A stretch of 64,000 nucleotides of DNA, taken from contig CAZETU010000001.1 of the NCBI GenBank assembly GCA_964514585.1, forward strand, positions 82,523 to 146,522, read 5' to 3'. This stretch comes from Candidatus Woesearchaeota archaeon (lineage in GTDB: Archaea; Nanobdellota; Nanobdellia; Pacearchaeales; GW2011-AR1). Shown in pieces: positions 39,899 through 48,908 of the stretch. Numbering within the stretch: position 1 is the stretch's first letter; every line of letters starts with the position of its first letter. The translations under genes and the position numbers were made by a program. The notes beneath the pieces are model-generated. The model made no database searches. It saw only the letters and a program-made list of their open reading frames with translations, and was not told where the DNA came from.

Positions 39899-40320
39899 TA
39901 TAATTTTTTAGAAAGTATAACCTCTTTAGGGGCTACCTTATAATTTAATTTTTTATAAAATTTAAACGCACCAGCTTTTCTACTTGTCATAACACTAATG
40001 GTTTTAATTCCTTCTTCAAGAGATTCTTCTTCTACAAATTTCAAGAGACTTTTACCAAAACCTTTTCTCTGATATTCTTCCTTTATCCAAAACTCATCAA
40101 GATAAATTTCTTTTTTCCCTTCTCCCGCTGTAGAAAGAAATCCAGCTATTTTTTTATCAATAATTGCTACATAGATAATTCCTTTTGTGAACATGTCGCT
40201 TATTCTTTTATTTGCTGTTTGAAAATCATATCCCTGAGAAAACGGTTTTTTTGCGGATTCTGTTAAAAATAGTTCGGAAATTTCCTTCAATTCTCTTCTT
40301 TTCGCCTTTCTAATTTTCAT
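39898..40320 (-). CDS. GNAT acetyltransferase
   Basis: YQRKGFGKSLL, AFKFYKKLNY. Confidence 0.9.
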   Translation of the reverse strand: MKIRKAKRRELKEISELFLTESAKKPFSQGYDFQTANKRISDMFTKGIIYVAIIDKKIAGFLSTAGEGKKEIYLDEFWIKEEYQRKGFGKSLLKFVEEESLEEGIKTISVMTSRKAGAFKFYKKLNYKVAPKEVILSKKL

Positions 40321-41534
40321 CCCCTCAACGCCTCCACCGGATTTTGTTTAGCCGCACTCATCGCAGGAACAATCCCCGCAATAGCCCCAATCATAAAACT
40401 TCCAAACAATGCCATTCCAATTAACATAAAATCAACAACGGGCGTCATGTCAGAACCAAGAAAGCTATTAATCCCAGCAACGCCAGCAACACTAATCAAC
40501 GTCCCAAGAACAGCCCCGACCAAACCACCAATAAGCCCAAGTAAGCCAGATTCAAAAAAGAACTGCATAAAAATTTGCCAATTAGTCCCACCAATAGCTT
40601 TCATAATCCCAATCTCTTTTTTCCTCTCTAGAACCGAAGTCGTCATCGTATTAACAATCCCCAACGCACCAACCAAAATTGAAATCGAAGCAATAATTAT
40701 AATAAAAGCCTGAACGCCACCAAGAATACTATTCACCGTTTCCATCGTCGCCTCTGGAGTCGAAACCTCGAAATCCTCTTCTCCTTCATCAACATCCCTT
40801 CTCTTTCTTAATAGCTTCGCAATATCCTCAGCCGCACGGTCCATCAAATCTGGATCCTTAATGTGAGCAACTATTACATCAACATCATCACCAGTATCAA
40901 ATAAATCTTCCAAAGCAACTTGATCCATCAAAACAATACTATCCCAAACAAAACTCCCCTTCTTTTTCAATATCCCCACAACCCTAAAACTTTTATCTTG
41001 AACTAACACATTATCTCCCAAAACGACTTCCTTTTCAAGACCAACCTTGTCAACAAAAAAATTAGCTCCCAAAACAACCTTATTGGAATCTGAACCACCA
41101 AGCATCCTTCCTTTATCAATTTCAAGATCATTAACTTCATACATAAAATCAGCATCATCCCCACGAGGAACATTCGAAGCAAACCCAAAAATAACCCTAT
41201 CATTAAATTCCAACTTGCCCGTTTGAATATATCGAGGCAAAACCCTGTTCACAGAACCAATATTCTCTATCGCTCGAGCATCATCTTTAGTCAAAGAATT
41301 CACAACACCACTTCCTGGCGGGCCATAAGCATTAAGTCCCCCAGCCTGAACCGTAATTATTTCCGTAGAACTAATCCCAAATTGAGCACTAACCGCCGCC
41401 TGTAACCCATTCCCAAGACCAATCAAAGCAACAACAGCAGTCACCCCAATAAAAATACCAAGTAAAGTCAACCACGACCGAATCCCACGATGCCGTAAAT
41501 TTTTCAAAGCAAGAATCAAATAATCAAGATTCAT
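40317..41534 (-). CDS. MacB/FtsX-type ABC permease
   Basis: RSWLTLLGIFIGV, SVLERKKEIGIMKAIG. Confidence 0.93.
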   Translation of the reverse strand: MNLDYLILALKNLRHRGIRSWLTLLGIFIGVTAVVALIGLGNGLQAAVSAQFGISSTEIITVQAGGLNAYGPPGSGVVNSLTKDDARAIENIGSVNRVLPRYIQTGKLEFNDRVIFGFASNVPRGDDADFMYEVNDLEIDKGRMLGGSDSNKVVLGANFFVDKVGLEKEVVLGDNVLVQDKSFRVVGILKKKGSFVWDSIVLMDQVALEDLFDTGDDVDVIVAHIKDPDLMDRAAEDIAKLLRKRRDVDEGEEDFEVSTPEATMETVNSILGGVQAFIIIIASISILVGALGIVNTMTTSVLERKKEIGIMKAIGGTNWQIFMQFFFESGLLGLIGGLVGAVLGTLISVAGVAGINSFLGSDMTPVVDFMLIGMALFGSFMIGAIAGIVPAMSAAKQNPVEALRG

Positions 41535-42355
41535 TATTTCACTCCGTTAGATTTGCCCGACTTGATTGGAACTTTAGTTCCCTTTTTTGAGGGTACACCA
41601 TTGAGCGCAGCTTCTTTCTTCTTCTTCTTAGTAACATCAATAAACCTAGACCCAACCCTCTTCGTAACTTTCTCCAACTTCCCATCTAACAACCAATAAA
41701 CAACATCAGCATACTCCTCAGCCAAATCCGGATCATGAGTAACCATAATAATCGTCTTCCCCTGCTTGTTCAACTTCTCCAAAAAATGCATAACAATATC
41801 CCCAGTCTTAGTATCCAAATTCCCAGTCGGCTCATCAGCAAGAATCACTTCGGGATCATTCGCCAAACTCCGCGCAATCGCAACTCTCTGCATCTGCCCC
41901 CCAGAAATCTCTCCAGGATAATGATCCATCCTATCATGCAACTCAACCAACTTCAACAACTCCTCAGCCCGCCCAGCCCGCTCCTCAACACTCGTCCCCT
42001 GAAACATCATCGGCAACATCACATTCTCTTTCACCGTCAAATTCGGAATCAAATTAAACGATTGAAAAATAAACCCAATCTTCTTCCCCCGAATCTGCGC
42101 CAAATCAGACTCACTCAACTCACTAATATCAGCATCATCTAAATAAATCGTCCCAAACGTCGGCATATCCAAACTCCCAACTAAATTCATCGCCGTCGAT
42201 TTCCCAGAACCAGAAGGTCCCATAATAGCAACAAACTCTCCCTCATAAACTTTAAACTCCAAATGACTAAGCGCCTTCACAACAGAGTCCCCCATGGGGT
42301 AATGCTTCGAAACATTCCTCAATCTAATAAACTCTTTCTTTACCTCTTTCGCCAT
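41534..42355 (-). CDS. ABC ATP-binding protein (LolD/MacB type)
   Basis: [37 protein letters not shown]. Start likely ATG 42355. Confidence 0.95.
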   Translation of the reverse strand: MAKEVKKEFIRLRNVSKHYPMGDSVVKALSHLEFKVYEGEFVAIMGPSGSGKSTAMNLVGSLDMPTFGTIYLDDADISELSESDLAQIRGKKIGFIFQSFNLIPNLTVKENVMLPMMFQGTSVEERAGRAEELLKLVELHDRMDHYPGEISGGQMQRVAIARSLANDPEVILADEPTGNLDTKTGDIVMHFLEKLNKQGKTIIMVTHDPDLAEEYADVVYWLLDGKLEKVTKRVGSRFIDVTKKKKKEAALNGVPSKKGTKVPIKSGKSNGVK

Positions 42356-42500
42356 ACAGAAAATACACAAATATCATATATAAATATAGTGATAGCAAAA
42401 CTTACATTTCACCAGAAATACCTACTGGGTAAACCAAAACAACATGCGTTTAGAAAACTTGTAACACAAGTTTTATAAACCAAAATTTCGCTACTTCAAT

Positions 42501-42698
42501 ATGATAATCCCAATAAGATGTTTTAGTTGCGGAAAACCAATCGCACACTTATATCCAAAATACAAAGAAATGGTCGAATCAGGCAAGACCCAAAAAGAAG
42601 CACTAGACGAGTTAGGCATCAAACGATACTGCTGCAGAGCACAAATTCTAGGACAAACAGACACATTAGAATTGATTAATAAATTCAAAAAGTTTTAA
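42501..42698 (+). CDS. rpoN: RNA polymerase subunit N (Rpo10)
   Basis: MIIPIRCFSCGK...RYCCR. Confidence 0.97.
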   Translation: MIIPIRCFSCGKPIAHLYPKYKEMVESGKTQKEALDELGIKRYCCRAQILGQTDTLELINKFKKF

Positions 42699-42718
42699 TT
42701 ATTTTTTTAAATTTTATC

Positions 42719-43168
42719 ATGGGAAATATAAAAGTTATCTCTTGGGATGTATACGGAACTTTAATAGCAACACATTATGATAAATCCACAGATTGCGGGG
42801 ACATCCCATTAAAACTTAGACCAAGCGCATTAGAAATTCTAACAGAAATAAAATCAAGACAAATCATTCAATGCACATGCTCAGATGGCCACTTGGAAAA
42901 TCTAAAAAACAATTTAAGAGAAGCAGGAATAAATTGGACAGATTTCTTCGACGATTTATACAAAATGGAACCATTCCAACAAAAGGATTTCTCTTACATA
43001 ATAGAAAATTATAATATTAGACCAGAAAACCTCTTAGTTGTCGGAGACAATTATGATATAGATATCTCTTTAGCAAAAAGACAAGGTTGCAAAACTTTAC
43101 ACGTCCCAGAAAAAGAAGAGTTCAAAAAGAATCCATTAGACACATCAAAAATACTAGAATTATTATAA
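42719..43168 (+). CDS. HAD-family hydrolase
   Basis: WDVYGTL, VGDNYDIDI. Confidence 0.88.
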   Translation: MGNIKVISWDVYGTLIATHYDKSTDCGDIPLKLRPSALEILTEIKSRQIIQCTCSDGHLENLKNNLREAGINWTDFFDDLYKMEPFQQKDFSYIIENYNIRPENLLVVGDNYDIDISLAKRQGCKTLHVPEKEEFKKNPLDTSKILELL

Positions 43169-43249
43169 ATAGACAGTTCCGCGTGTTCCCACCAAAGACA
43201 GTATGGACACATTAGAACTAGTTAACAAATTCAAAAAATTCTAATTATT
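43168..43249. repeat. Fused partial copies of the 5S rRNA 3' end (43168-43210) and the rpoN 3' end (43206-43249), overlapping at GACAC
   Basis: 37/43 identity to 43821-43863 and 38/44 identity to 42660-42703 (hand alignment). Confidence 0.9.
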
Positions 43250-43250
43250 A

Positions 43251-43616
43251 TTAATGCCAGTCATAAAAACCACTACTTATAACTTTACTAACAAGATGAC
43301 GCCTAAGCTCACAATCAGGCATTTGCTCAACCTCTCCATCTCTTATCTGAATGGGCCAACACTGCATTTTTCCTCTTGCATAATAATCAGGTGATTCTCT
43401 TAGATGTTTTTTCGCATCTTCAGGAGACTTACCAAGACAGAAAGCAGATTCATTACATACATAACATTTATCAGGATTCCCAAAATCATGACGTCTCCTT
43501 ATGGGAACTTTATAAAGATTCAACTTTTTATTATCTTTTTCGAAATCAAATTCTCCAATCAATAATCCCAGTATTCCCAGTCCGGCTATTCTATTAAATT
43601 GTCTTCTATTCAACAT
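43251..43616 (-). CDS. Hypothetical Cys-containing protein with twin-arginine-like N-terminus
   Basis: MLNRRQFNRIAGLGILGLL from ATG 43616. Confidence 0.55.
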   Translation of the reverse strand: MLNRRQFNRIAGLGILGLLIGEFDFEKDNKKLNLYKVPIRRRHDFGNPDKCYVCNESAFCLGKSPEDAKKHLRESPDYYARGKMQCWPIQIRDGEVEQMPDCELRRHLVSKVISSGFYDWH

Positions 43617-43822
43617 TAAATTAACAAGTGAACCAAGTTTATAATAATTATTGAGATAGATTATTATTAAATTTTTCAAATTTTTTCTTTATTCTAATTA
43701 ATCAGCCGAATAAAGTCAAAAGAAATCAAATTATCTGCGACAAAGTCGGTAAGTAATTTGGAACCTAAAATTCTGCAGAATTTTCCCAATGATTTTTTCA
43801 CCAGAAAAAATGTTAATAAAAA

Positions 43823-43931
43823 TAGACAGCTCCGTGCGTTCCCATCAAAGACAGTACAGACACGAACATAACAAGCTTAACTTCTGAGTTCGGAACGGGA
43901 TCAGGTGTAACCAAGTTATTATGGCCGTCTA
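43823..43931 (-). rRNA. rrf: 5S rRNA (ends approximate)
   Basis: TAGACGGCCATA...ACACCTGATCCCGTTCCGAACTCAGAAGTTAAGC...GTACTG...GGGAA...GCTGTCTA, with complementary ends. Confidence 0.9.
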
Positions 43932-44065
43932 ACATTACATCAAAATTCCATTTTATAAACTTAACGATTCAAAAAATTCAACGCTCCTGACAGGACTTCA
44001 CTCACCAGAGGGATGTCAAATGGACGCGATCACCAGATCACCTACTGGGTGAACCTCAGGTTCAA

Positions 44066-44141
44066 CGCTCCTGACAGGACTTGAACCTGCGACTTCTTCC
44101 TTAGGAGGGAAGCACTCTAATCCAAACTGAGCTACAGGAGC
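44066..44141 (-). tRNA. tRNA-Arg(CCT)
   Basis: GCTCCTG/CAGGAGC plus G; CTTCC-CTCCTAA-GGAAG; GTTCAAG. The 3' end is duplicated at 43977-43998. Confidence 0.95.
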
Positions 44142-44276
44142 ATAAAACAATCAACAGAAAACTCTTTTTAAAATTAATGAGGGAAGGAGGATTAAAAGTC
44201 CTTTACGAACTTTTCAGCAAATCTTTGATTTGCGCTTCAAGCTTCTCCGAAGCGCCGGTCGTTCGAATCCGACACA

Positions 44277-44360
44277 TGAGGGAAGGAGGATTCGAACCCC
44301 CGTAAGCATAAAGCTAACAGATCTTGAGTCTGCCCCGTTTGACCACTCCGGCATTCCCTC
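44277..44360 (-). tRNA. tRNA-Leu(CAA)
   Basis: GAGGGAA/TTCCCTC plus A; GCAGA-CTCAAGA-TCTGT; long variable arm. The 3' end is duplicated at 44177-44193. Confidence 0.95.
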
Positions 44361-44668
44361 ATAATATAACTCAATAAATTCAATATAAAAAGTTATTGAT
44401 AGTTTTCATGAGAAATTATGCGGCGAAGCCCATGATTTTTTATGAAATAAAAAATAGATAATATCCGAAATTTATTTCCAGAAACTATCCCTAGGAATTC
44501 TAAAAAATTCCCCTAACGATTTTCACACCAGTGAAAATATTAATTCATCTATGCGCGGCCGTTGATTAGGATCGTTGCGTAGCTTAGGTTTTTGGTTGGG
44601 TATTAGGCGAGATAAAAACCTCAGCCTATCTTTCCTAAGAATGCTGATTAAGAGCCCGACAAAGCCCC

Positions 44669-45916
44669 TTAAATTGCCTTTGTGGGCGTTTTGTAGCACT
44701 TGTTATCTTCTAGTAGCCATTTCCAAACTGGCATCAGAATTATTTCCTTGCTTTCAATTTCAAATTTGTCCTCTTGATTATGTGTTAAGATTAGCCCCTG
44801 TTTTAGCTTCAATTCATTCATTGCTTCCAGTAAGCCATTTATTTCCCTATCTCTATTTTCTTTATTAAAATCATAGCAAACCTGAATTGCTTGAATAACT
44901 TTTTCTTTCTCTTTAACTATAAAATCACATTCTTTGTCTTTTTGAAAATAAAATATTTCTTTGTATTTTTTTCTTAGATTTAGGAATACTTCATTTTCTA
45001 GCATTTTCCCTTTATCTTTTGAAAAGGAAACTGAGTTAGCATAAGAGAGTCCATTATCTATGGAATAGACTTTTTTTGGATTAACTTGCTGTTTTTTGTA
45101 GGAGTAGCTAAATTTAGGTATTGTGAAAATTAAATAAGAATCCTCCAAGTAAGAAATATAGTCTATGATTGTTTGGACTGATTTGACTTCTAACATTTTT
45201 TTAAGAGAGTTTGCGGAGAATTCTTTTCCAACATTACTTAATAAATAAATTGCTAATTTATTTAGTATAGCGGTATTTTTAATCCCAAACCTATTGACTA
45301 TGTCTCTCATTAAAACATCTCTTAATAATTCATGCAAGAGAGTTTCGTCATCATCTTTTAAGAATTCTGGAAATCCTCCTTTGTATAAATAATCTGAATA
45401 AGATTTTTCATTTGGTTTCTGCTTGGAGAATCTTAAAAATTCAGTATAAGAAAATGGAAAGAGCTCGTAGCTTAAGTGTCTTCCAGTAAGTCTTGTCCCA
45501 AGTTCTCGGCTTAGAAGTGATGCATTTGAACCTGTTATCATTACTTTGTTTTTTCTGTCCACTAAATATCTAATGAATTTTTCCCATTTGTCAATATTTT
45601 GAATCTCATCAAAAAAGTAAACTCCTCCAGCGCCATAAATTTCATTAAAAATTTCTTCTGCGATATTGAAATCTGTTAGCTTAAAACCTTCTAGTCTAGG
45701 GTCTTCAAGATTTAGATAATAAAAAACTTTTTGTCCTTTTAGAATTTGATTCAGAAGGGTGCTCTTTCCGCATCTTCTAATCCCTGCAACAACTAAGGCA
45801 AAGGACTTATTCAATTTTATTTCTTCAGTCTTTTCTCTAGAGATACCTTTTTCAGTTGATTCTACCCATTTTCTTTGTTCTTTTATTACTTTGGTTAGGT
45901 CTTCTTTTGTTATCAT
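44669..45916 (-). CDS. AAA_14 ATPase with DUF4143 (COG1373)
   Basis: GIRRCGKST, FFDEIQ, TGSN, GGFPE, KKVYSIDNG, LENEVF, ECDF. Confidence 0.93.
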   Translation of the reverse strand: MITKEDLTKVIKEQRKWVESTEKGISREKTEEIKLNKSFALVVAGIRRCGKSTLLNQILKGQKVFYYLNLEDPRLEGFKLTDFNIAEEIFNEIYGAGGVYFFDEIQNIDKWEKFIRYLVDRKNKVMITGSNASLLSRELGTRLTGRHLSYELFPFSYTEFLRFSKQKPNEKSYSDYLYKGGFPEFLKDDDETLLHELLRDVLMRDIVNRFGIKNTAILNKLAIYLLSNVGKEFSANSLKKMLEVKSVQTIIDYISYLEDSYLIFTIPKFSYSYKKQQVNPKKVYSIDNGLSYANSVSFSKDKGKMLENEVFLNLRKKYKEIFYFQKDKECDFIVKEKEKVIQAIQVCYDFNKENRDREINGLLEAMNELKLKQGLILTHNQEDKFEIESKEIILMPVWKWLLEDNKCYKTPTKAI

Positions 45917-45940
45917 GTTTTATATAAGATATTTAATTTT

Positions 45941-45996
45941 ATAAAGGTTTCTATTGGGAATGGAAACTTCTTTCTATTGGGAATGGAAACCTTTAT
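45941..45996. promoter_or_regulatory. 20-bp tandem direct repeat inside an 11-bp inverted repeat, upstream of the ATPase
   Basis: TTTCTATTGGGAATGGAAAC at 45948-45967 and 45971-45990; ATAAAGGTTTC/GAAACCTTTAT flanks. Confidence 0.7.
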
Positions 45997-46131
45997 GTTA
46001 ACTCTATCCCCTCCCCTAAGCCCCCCACGTCAGTACTATCATACATACATATTATGCCGACTGACTCTTTGGTAATTTTGTTTAATTTTCATCGACGATA
46101 AACTCTGTCCTACACCCAAGAAATCGGAGTC

Positions 46132-46761
46132 CTATTTTTGGGCTTTTTTTGCTAATTTTACTAGCTTATCTAGCCTCGATTTTACATATCTTTTGTCAAC
46201 TGCATCACCATATTTTTTATATTTTTTCACCTTATTTCTATCCGTCACAACGAAAAACCACTTATCATAATTTTCCAAAACTTTCAGCTTCTCTTTCATC
46301 CTACTAATTTTAGAAAAGATGGAACCCGTTTCAATTTCAATCGCAAATCTCTTTCCACGAATTTCAAAAACAATATCCGGTTTTTTAGTCACAAATAATT
46401 CCGTTTCAATCCCATTCTTTTCTAAGAACTCAGAAATATTCTTAGTTAGAAATAGGTGAGTAAAACTTTCATTATGTCTTGGGAGCAAAAGAAAGTCTTC
46501 CATTTTCCCATTCAAGAGATTTTTATATTTTTTAATTTGATAATCATCATTCAAGAGATATTTGACTTCGTGTTTGGTTATATTTTTCTTATGAAAATAT
46601 CTTTTATCTGAATCAACTTTTATATTCACACTTCTTCGATAGGTTCCAATAGGCAGAGGTTTATATGGTTCTTCATCTTCAGTCTCTTCAGAGTCTAATT
46701 CTTCATTTTTATCATCCACAGCATATTCTAAATTTACTTTCCCAATTTTCTTCTTCGGCAT
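46132..46761 (-). CDS. PD-(D/E)xK nuclease-like protein; reading frame is open upstream to about 47060 and adds TM segments
   Basis: HNESFTH, KPDIVF...FAIEIETGS. Confidence 0.7.
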   Translation of the reverse strand: MPKKKIGKVNLEYAVDDKNEELDSEETEDEEPYKPLPIGTYRRSVNIKVDSDKRYFHKKNITKHEVKYLLNDDYQIKKYKNLLNGKMEDFLLLPRHNESFTHLFLTKNISEFLEKNGIETELFVTKKPDIVFEIRGKRFAIEIETGSIFSKISRMKEKLKVLENYDKWFFVVTDRNKVKKYKKYGDAVDKRYVKSRLDKLVKLAKKAQK

Positions 46762-47000
46762 TTTCTTAATCCTTTCTTTTTCCTCAAGTTCCCATTTTTT
46801 ATAATTTCTACGCGATTTGTAACGGAAAAATATTAAGAGGATTATTCCAAGAAAAGCAATAGAAAAAATAGTAATAATAAAAATCGGATTAATAATGAAA
46901 GAGAATAACTTACTAGGAAATTCTTGAATGTTCTTTTTAATTTTTTGAAGTGGTTCTGCAAGAATGACTAAAAGAGCTCCTACGGATAATAAAAATGGAA

Positions 47001-48203
47001 CTAATGCGTCGTCAGAAGTTTCAATCTTATTGCCTCCTGAATATTTCCATAAACTCGATTAACATCCACCGTTATCGCAACCATCTGCCTTTTCATATTT
47101 TCAACCTGAACTTCTAGTAACTCTGACCTATTTTCTGATTTTGTAAGTCGCTTTTCTAATTCTGTTTTAGTTACATCAATTAGTAAATCCTCTTCAGAAA
47201 TTGTATCTCTCATCCCAAGCATTTCAGAATAATAATGAATCTTGTCAGATTTCTTCCATCCGAATCTGAATTTTAATGCTGATTCGGATTTGTATCTTGG
47301 CAACCAATAGCAACAACTGCAATGCCTAAAATCATACATTGTTAAATCAGAATATTTCTGGCCTGCCAAGCTTTTTTCATCACCAAATAGTTTTTTAGCA
47401 ACTCTTTTCAAATAACGATTCACGACTGGCGGACTAAATTTGAACAGATAATCTTCTGTATCTAATTCATTCTCCTTGATGTATCTTTTAACTAATTCGG
47501 AACAAATCATCAGCTTAATCCTTCTTCCGAAAGTTTTGCTTATTTCATCCCGAATGTTCAACTCCTTAAAATCCTTAGACAAATCAGAAACTTTCACATT
47601 CATTAATTCAGTTGGAGACCTAATTCCTGTATCAAATAAAAACATCACAATCGTCTTATATTTTGGGTTGCAGTTTTCGGAGAATAATTTTATTTGCTCT
47701 TCATTTAAATAAACCCATTTGGGTTTCTCTCTAGAAGTATCTAAGTAAGTTGTAATATCTTCAACCTCTTTTCCCGCCTTCCTTGCGACTTTTTGATACC
47801 AGTGCCAGAATGCCTTAAACATCTTGACAAAGTCTCGTGTCGCCTTATATTCGCGCCCGTCCTGCCGTCTTATCACTCCCTTTCTCATATCAACAAAGAA
47901 TTGGCAGAGTTGTTGCTCTGTCAATTTAGTCAAGTCATCAACATCTAAAACTTCTTTAAATTTTCTAGTCAGAAAAGTTAGTCTGAGCCTAATCGTATTA
48001 AGTCTTATAAAACTTCTAGCACCTTTTTTCGAAGATAAGGAAGTGTTGATTCCAAGTTCCATATCAATCAAGTATTGTAGAATTATTGACGAGTTAGCTC
48101 TGGAGAGGTCAGGAATGCCCCCTGCTTCCTTGACTCTATTTTTCCAACGGGTCAGCGACCCTTCGTGGTTATAAGGATCAATCTTCATGGTGTCAGTGTC
48201 CAC
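47001..48203 (-). CDS. Tyrosine integrase next to the tRNA-Gly 3' end
   Basis: FDTGIRSPTEL, SKT, YDFRH, RFGW, HYYS; C-terminal coiled coil. Confidence 0.9.
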   Translation of the reverse strand: MDTDTMKIDPYNHEGSLTRWKNRVKEAGGIPDLSRANSSIILQYLIDMELGINTSLSSKKGARSFIRLNTIRLRLTFLTRKFKEVLDVDDLTKLTEQQLCQFFVDMRKGVIRRQDGREYKATRDFVKMFKAFWHWYQKVARKAGKEVEDITTYLDTSREKPKWVYLNEEQIKLFSENCNPKYKTIVMFLFDTGIRSPTELMNVKVSDLSKDFKELNIRDEISKTFGRRIKLMICSELVKRYIKENELDTEDYLFKFSPPVVNRYLKRVAKKLFGDEKSLAGQKYSDLTMYDFRHCSCCYWLPRYKSESALKFRFGWKKSDKIHYYSEMLGMRDTISEEDLLIDVTKTELEKRLTKSENRSELLEVQVENMKRQMVAITVDVNRVYGNIQEAIRLKLLTTH

Positions 48204-48345
48204 ATGGACGCGTTATTTAATAATTGTCGAGAACGAAAGAATATAATAGACTGGACAGGACATCTGCTAATTCTTGTTTTTTTCTGTTTCATTTAGTTTA
48301 TTTCTAAACAAAAAGTAGTCCCACCAAGATGCCAAAAAGGTAGAA

Positions 48346-48457
48346 TGCGCGGGCGGGGACTCGAACCCCGGTCATTTGGTCTCTTCATTGAAGGCAATAG
48401 ATATTCCATCAACTAAACATTTGGAAGCCAAATATTCTGCCACTAAACTACCCACGC
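48346..48457 (-). tRNA. tRNA-Gly(TCC) with a 41-nt intron at 37/38 (48381-48421)
   Basis: GCGTGGG/CCCGCGC plus A; TTTGG-CTTCCA|intron|A-CCAAA; BHB central helix CTTC/GAAG. Confidence 0.92.
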
Positions 48458-48483
48458 ACAAAATAATCATCTAATTCAAGGTT

Positions 48484-48816
48484 TTAAAGTTTATTGTTTT
48501 TGAAATGTTTTTTCCGATGACAGTTGGAACAAAGGGCCTCACACTTATCTAATTCAGACTTTATTCTTTCGATAGAAAATCCATCAGCAACCATTTTAGA
48601 AATACCCTCTTCTTTCTTTCCAGTTTTATGATGAAAATCAATAGTAGCAGGATGATCTTCTCCACACAAACAACATCGCAAAGAGGATTTATGTTTCCGA
48701 AACCACGCCCGAATTTCATTTTTACGCTTCTTAACATGGGCCTTTTCTGAAGCTTTATTATTCGCATACCACCTACGCCTACAATCCCTTCTTTTTTCTA
48801 AATCCCTGTATGGCAT
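48484..48816 (-). CDS. HNH endonuclease
   Basis: CCLCGE...IDFHH...KCEALCSNCHRKKH. Confidence 0.88.
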   Translation of the reverse strand: MPYRDLEKRRDCRRRWYANNKASEKAHVKKRKNEIRAWFRKHKSSLRCCLCGEDHPATIDFHHKTGKKEEGISKMVADGFSIERIKSELDKCEALCSNCHRKKHFKNNKL

Positions 48817-48908
48817 AAAAAATTAAGGATACCAAACTTTATAATAGTTTGGATTCCCTATCCCCCCTCAACAATTAACTTTAAAACTAAACATTTTCTA
48901 ACTATATT

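Larger units (their letters stand above)
44551..48361. mobile_element. Probable small integrated element at tRNA-Gly (integrase, nuclease-like gene, ATPase)
   Basis: Integrase starts 143 bp from the tRNA 3' end. Candidate degenerate att ATGCGCGGCCGTTGATT (44551) versus ATGCGCGGGCGGGGACT (48345), 13/17. The left boundary is weak. Confidence 0.45.

Noticed and set aside
45948-45990. Repeat ending GGAAAC, reminiscent of a CRISPR repeat
   Set aside because: Only two copies 3 bp apart, no spacers, no cas genes.
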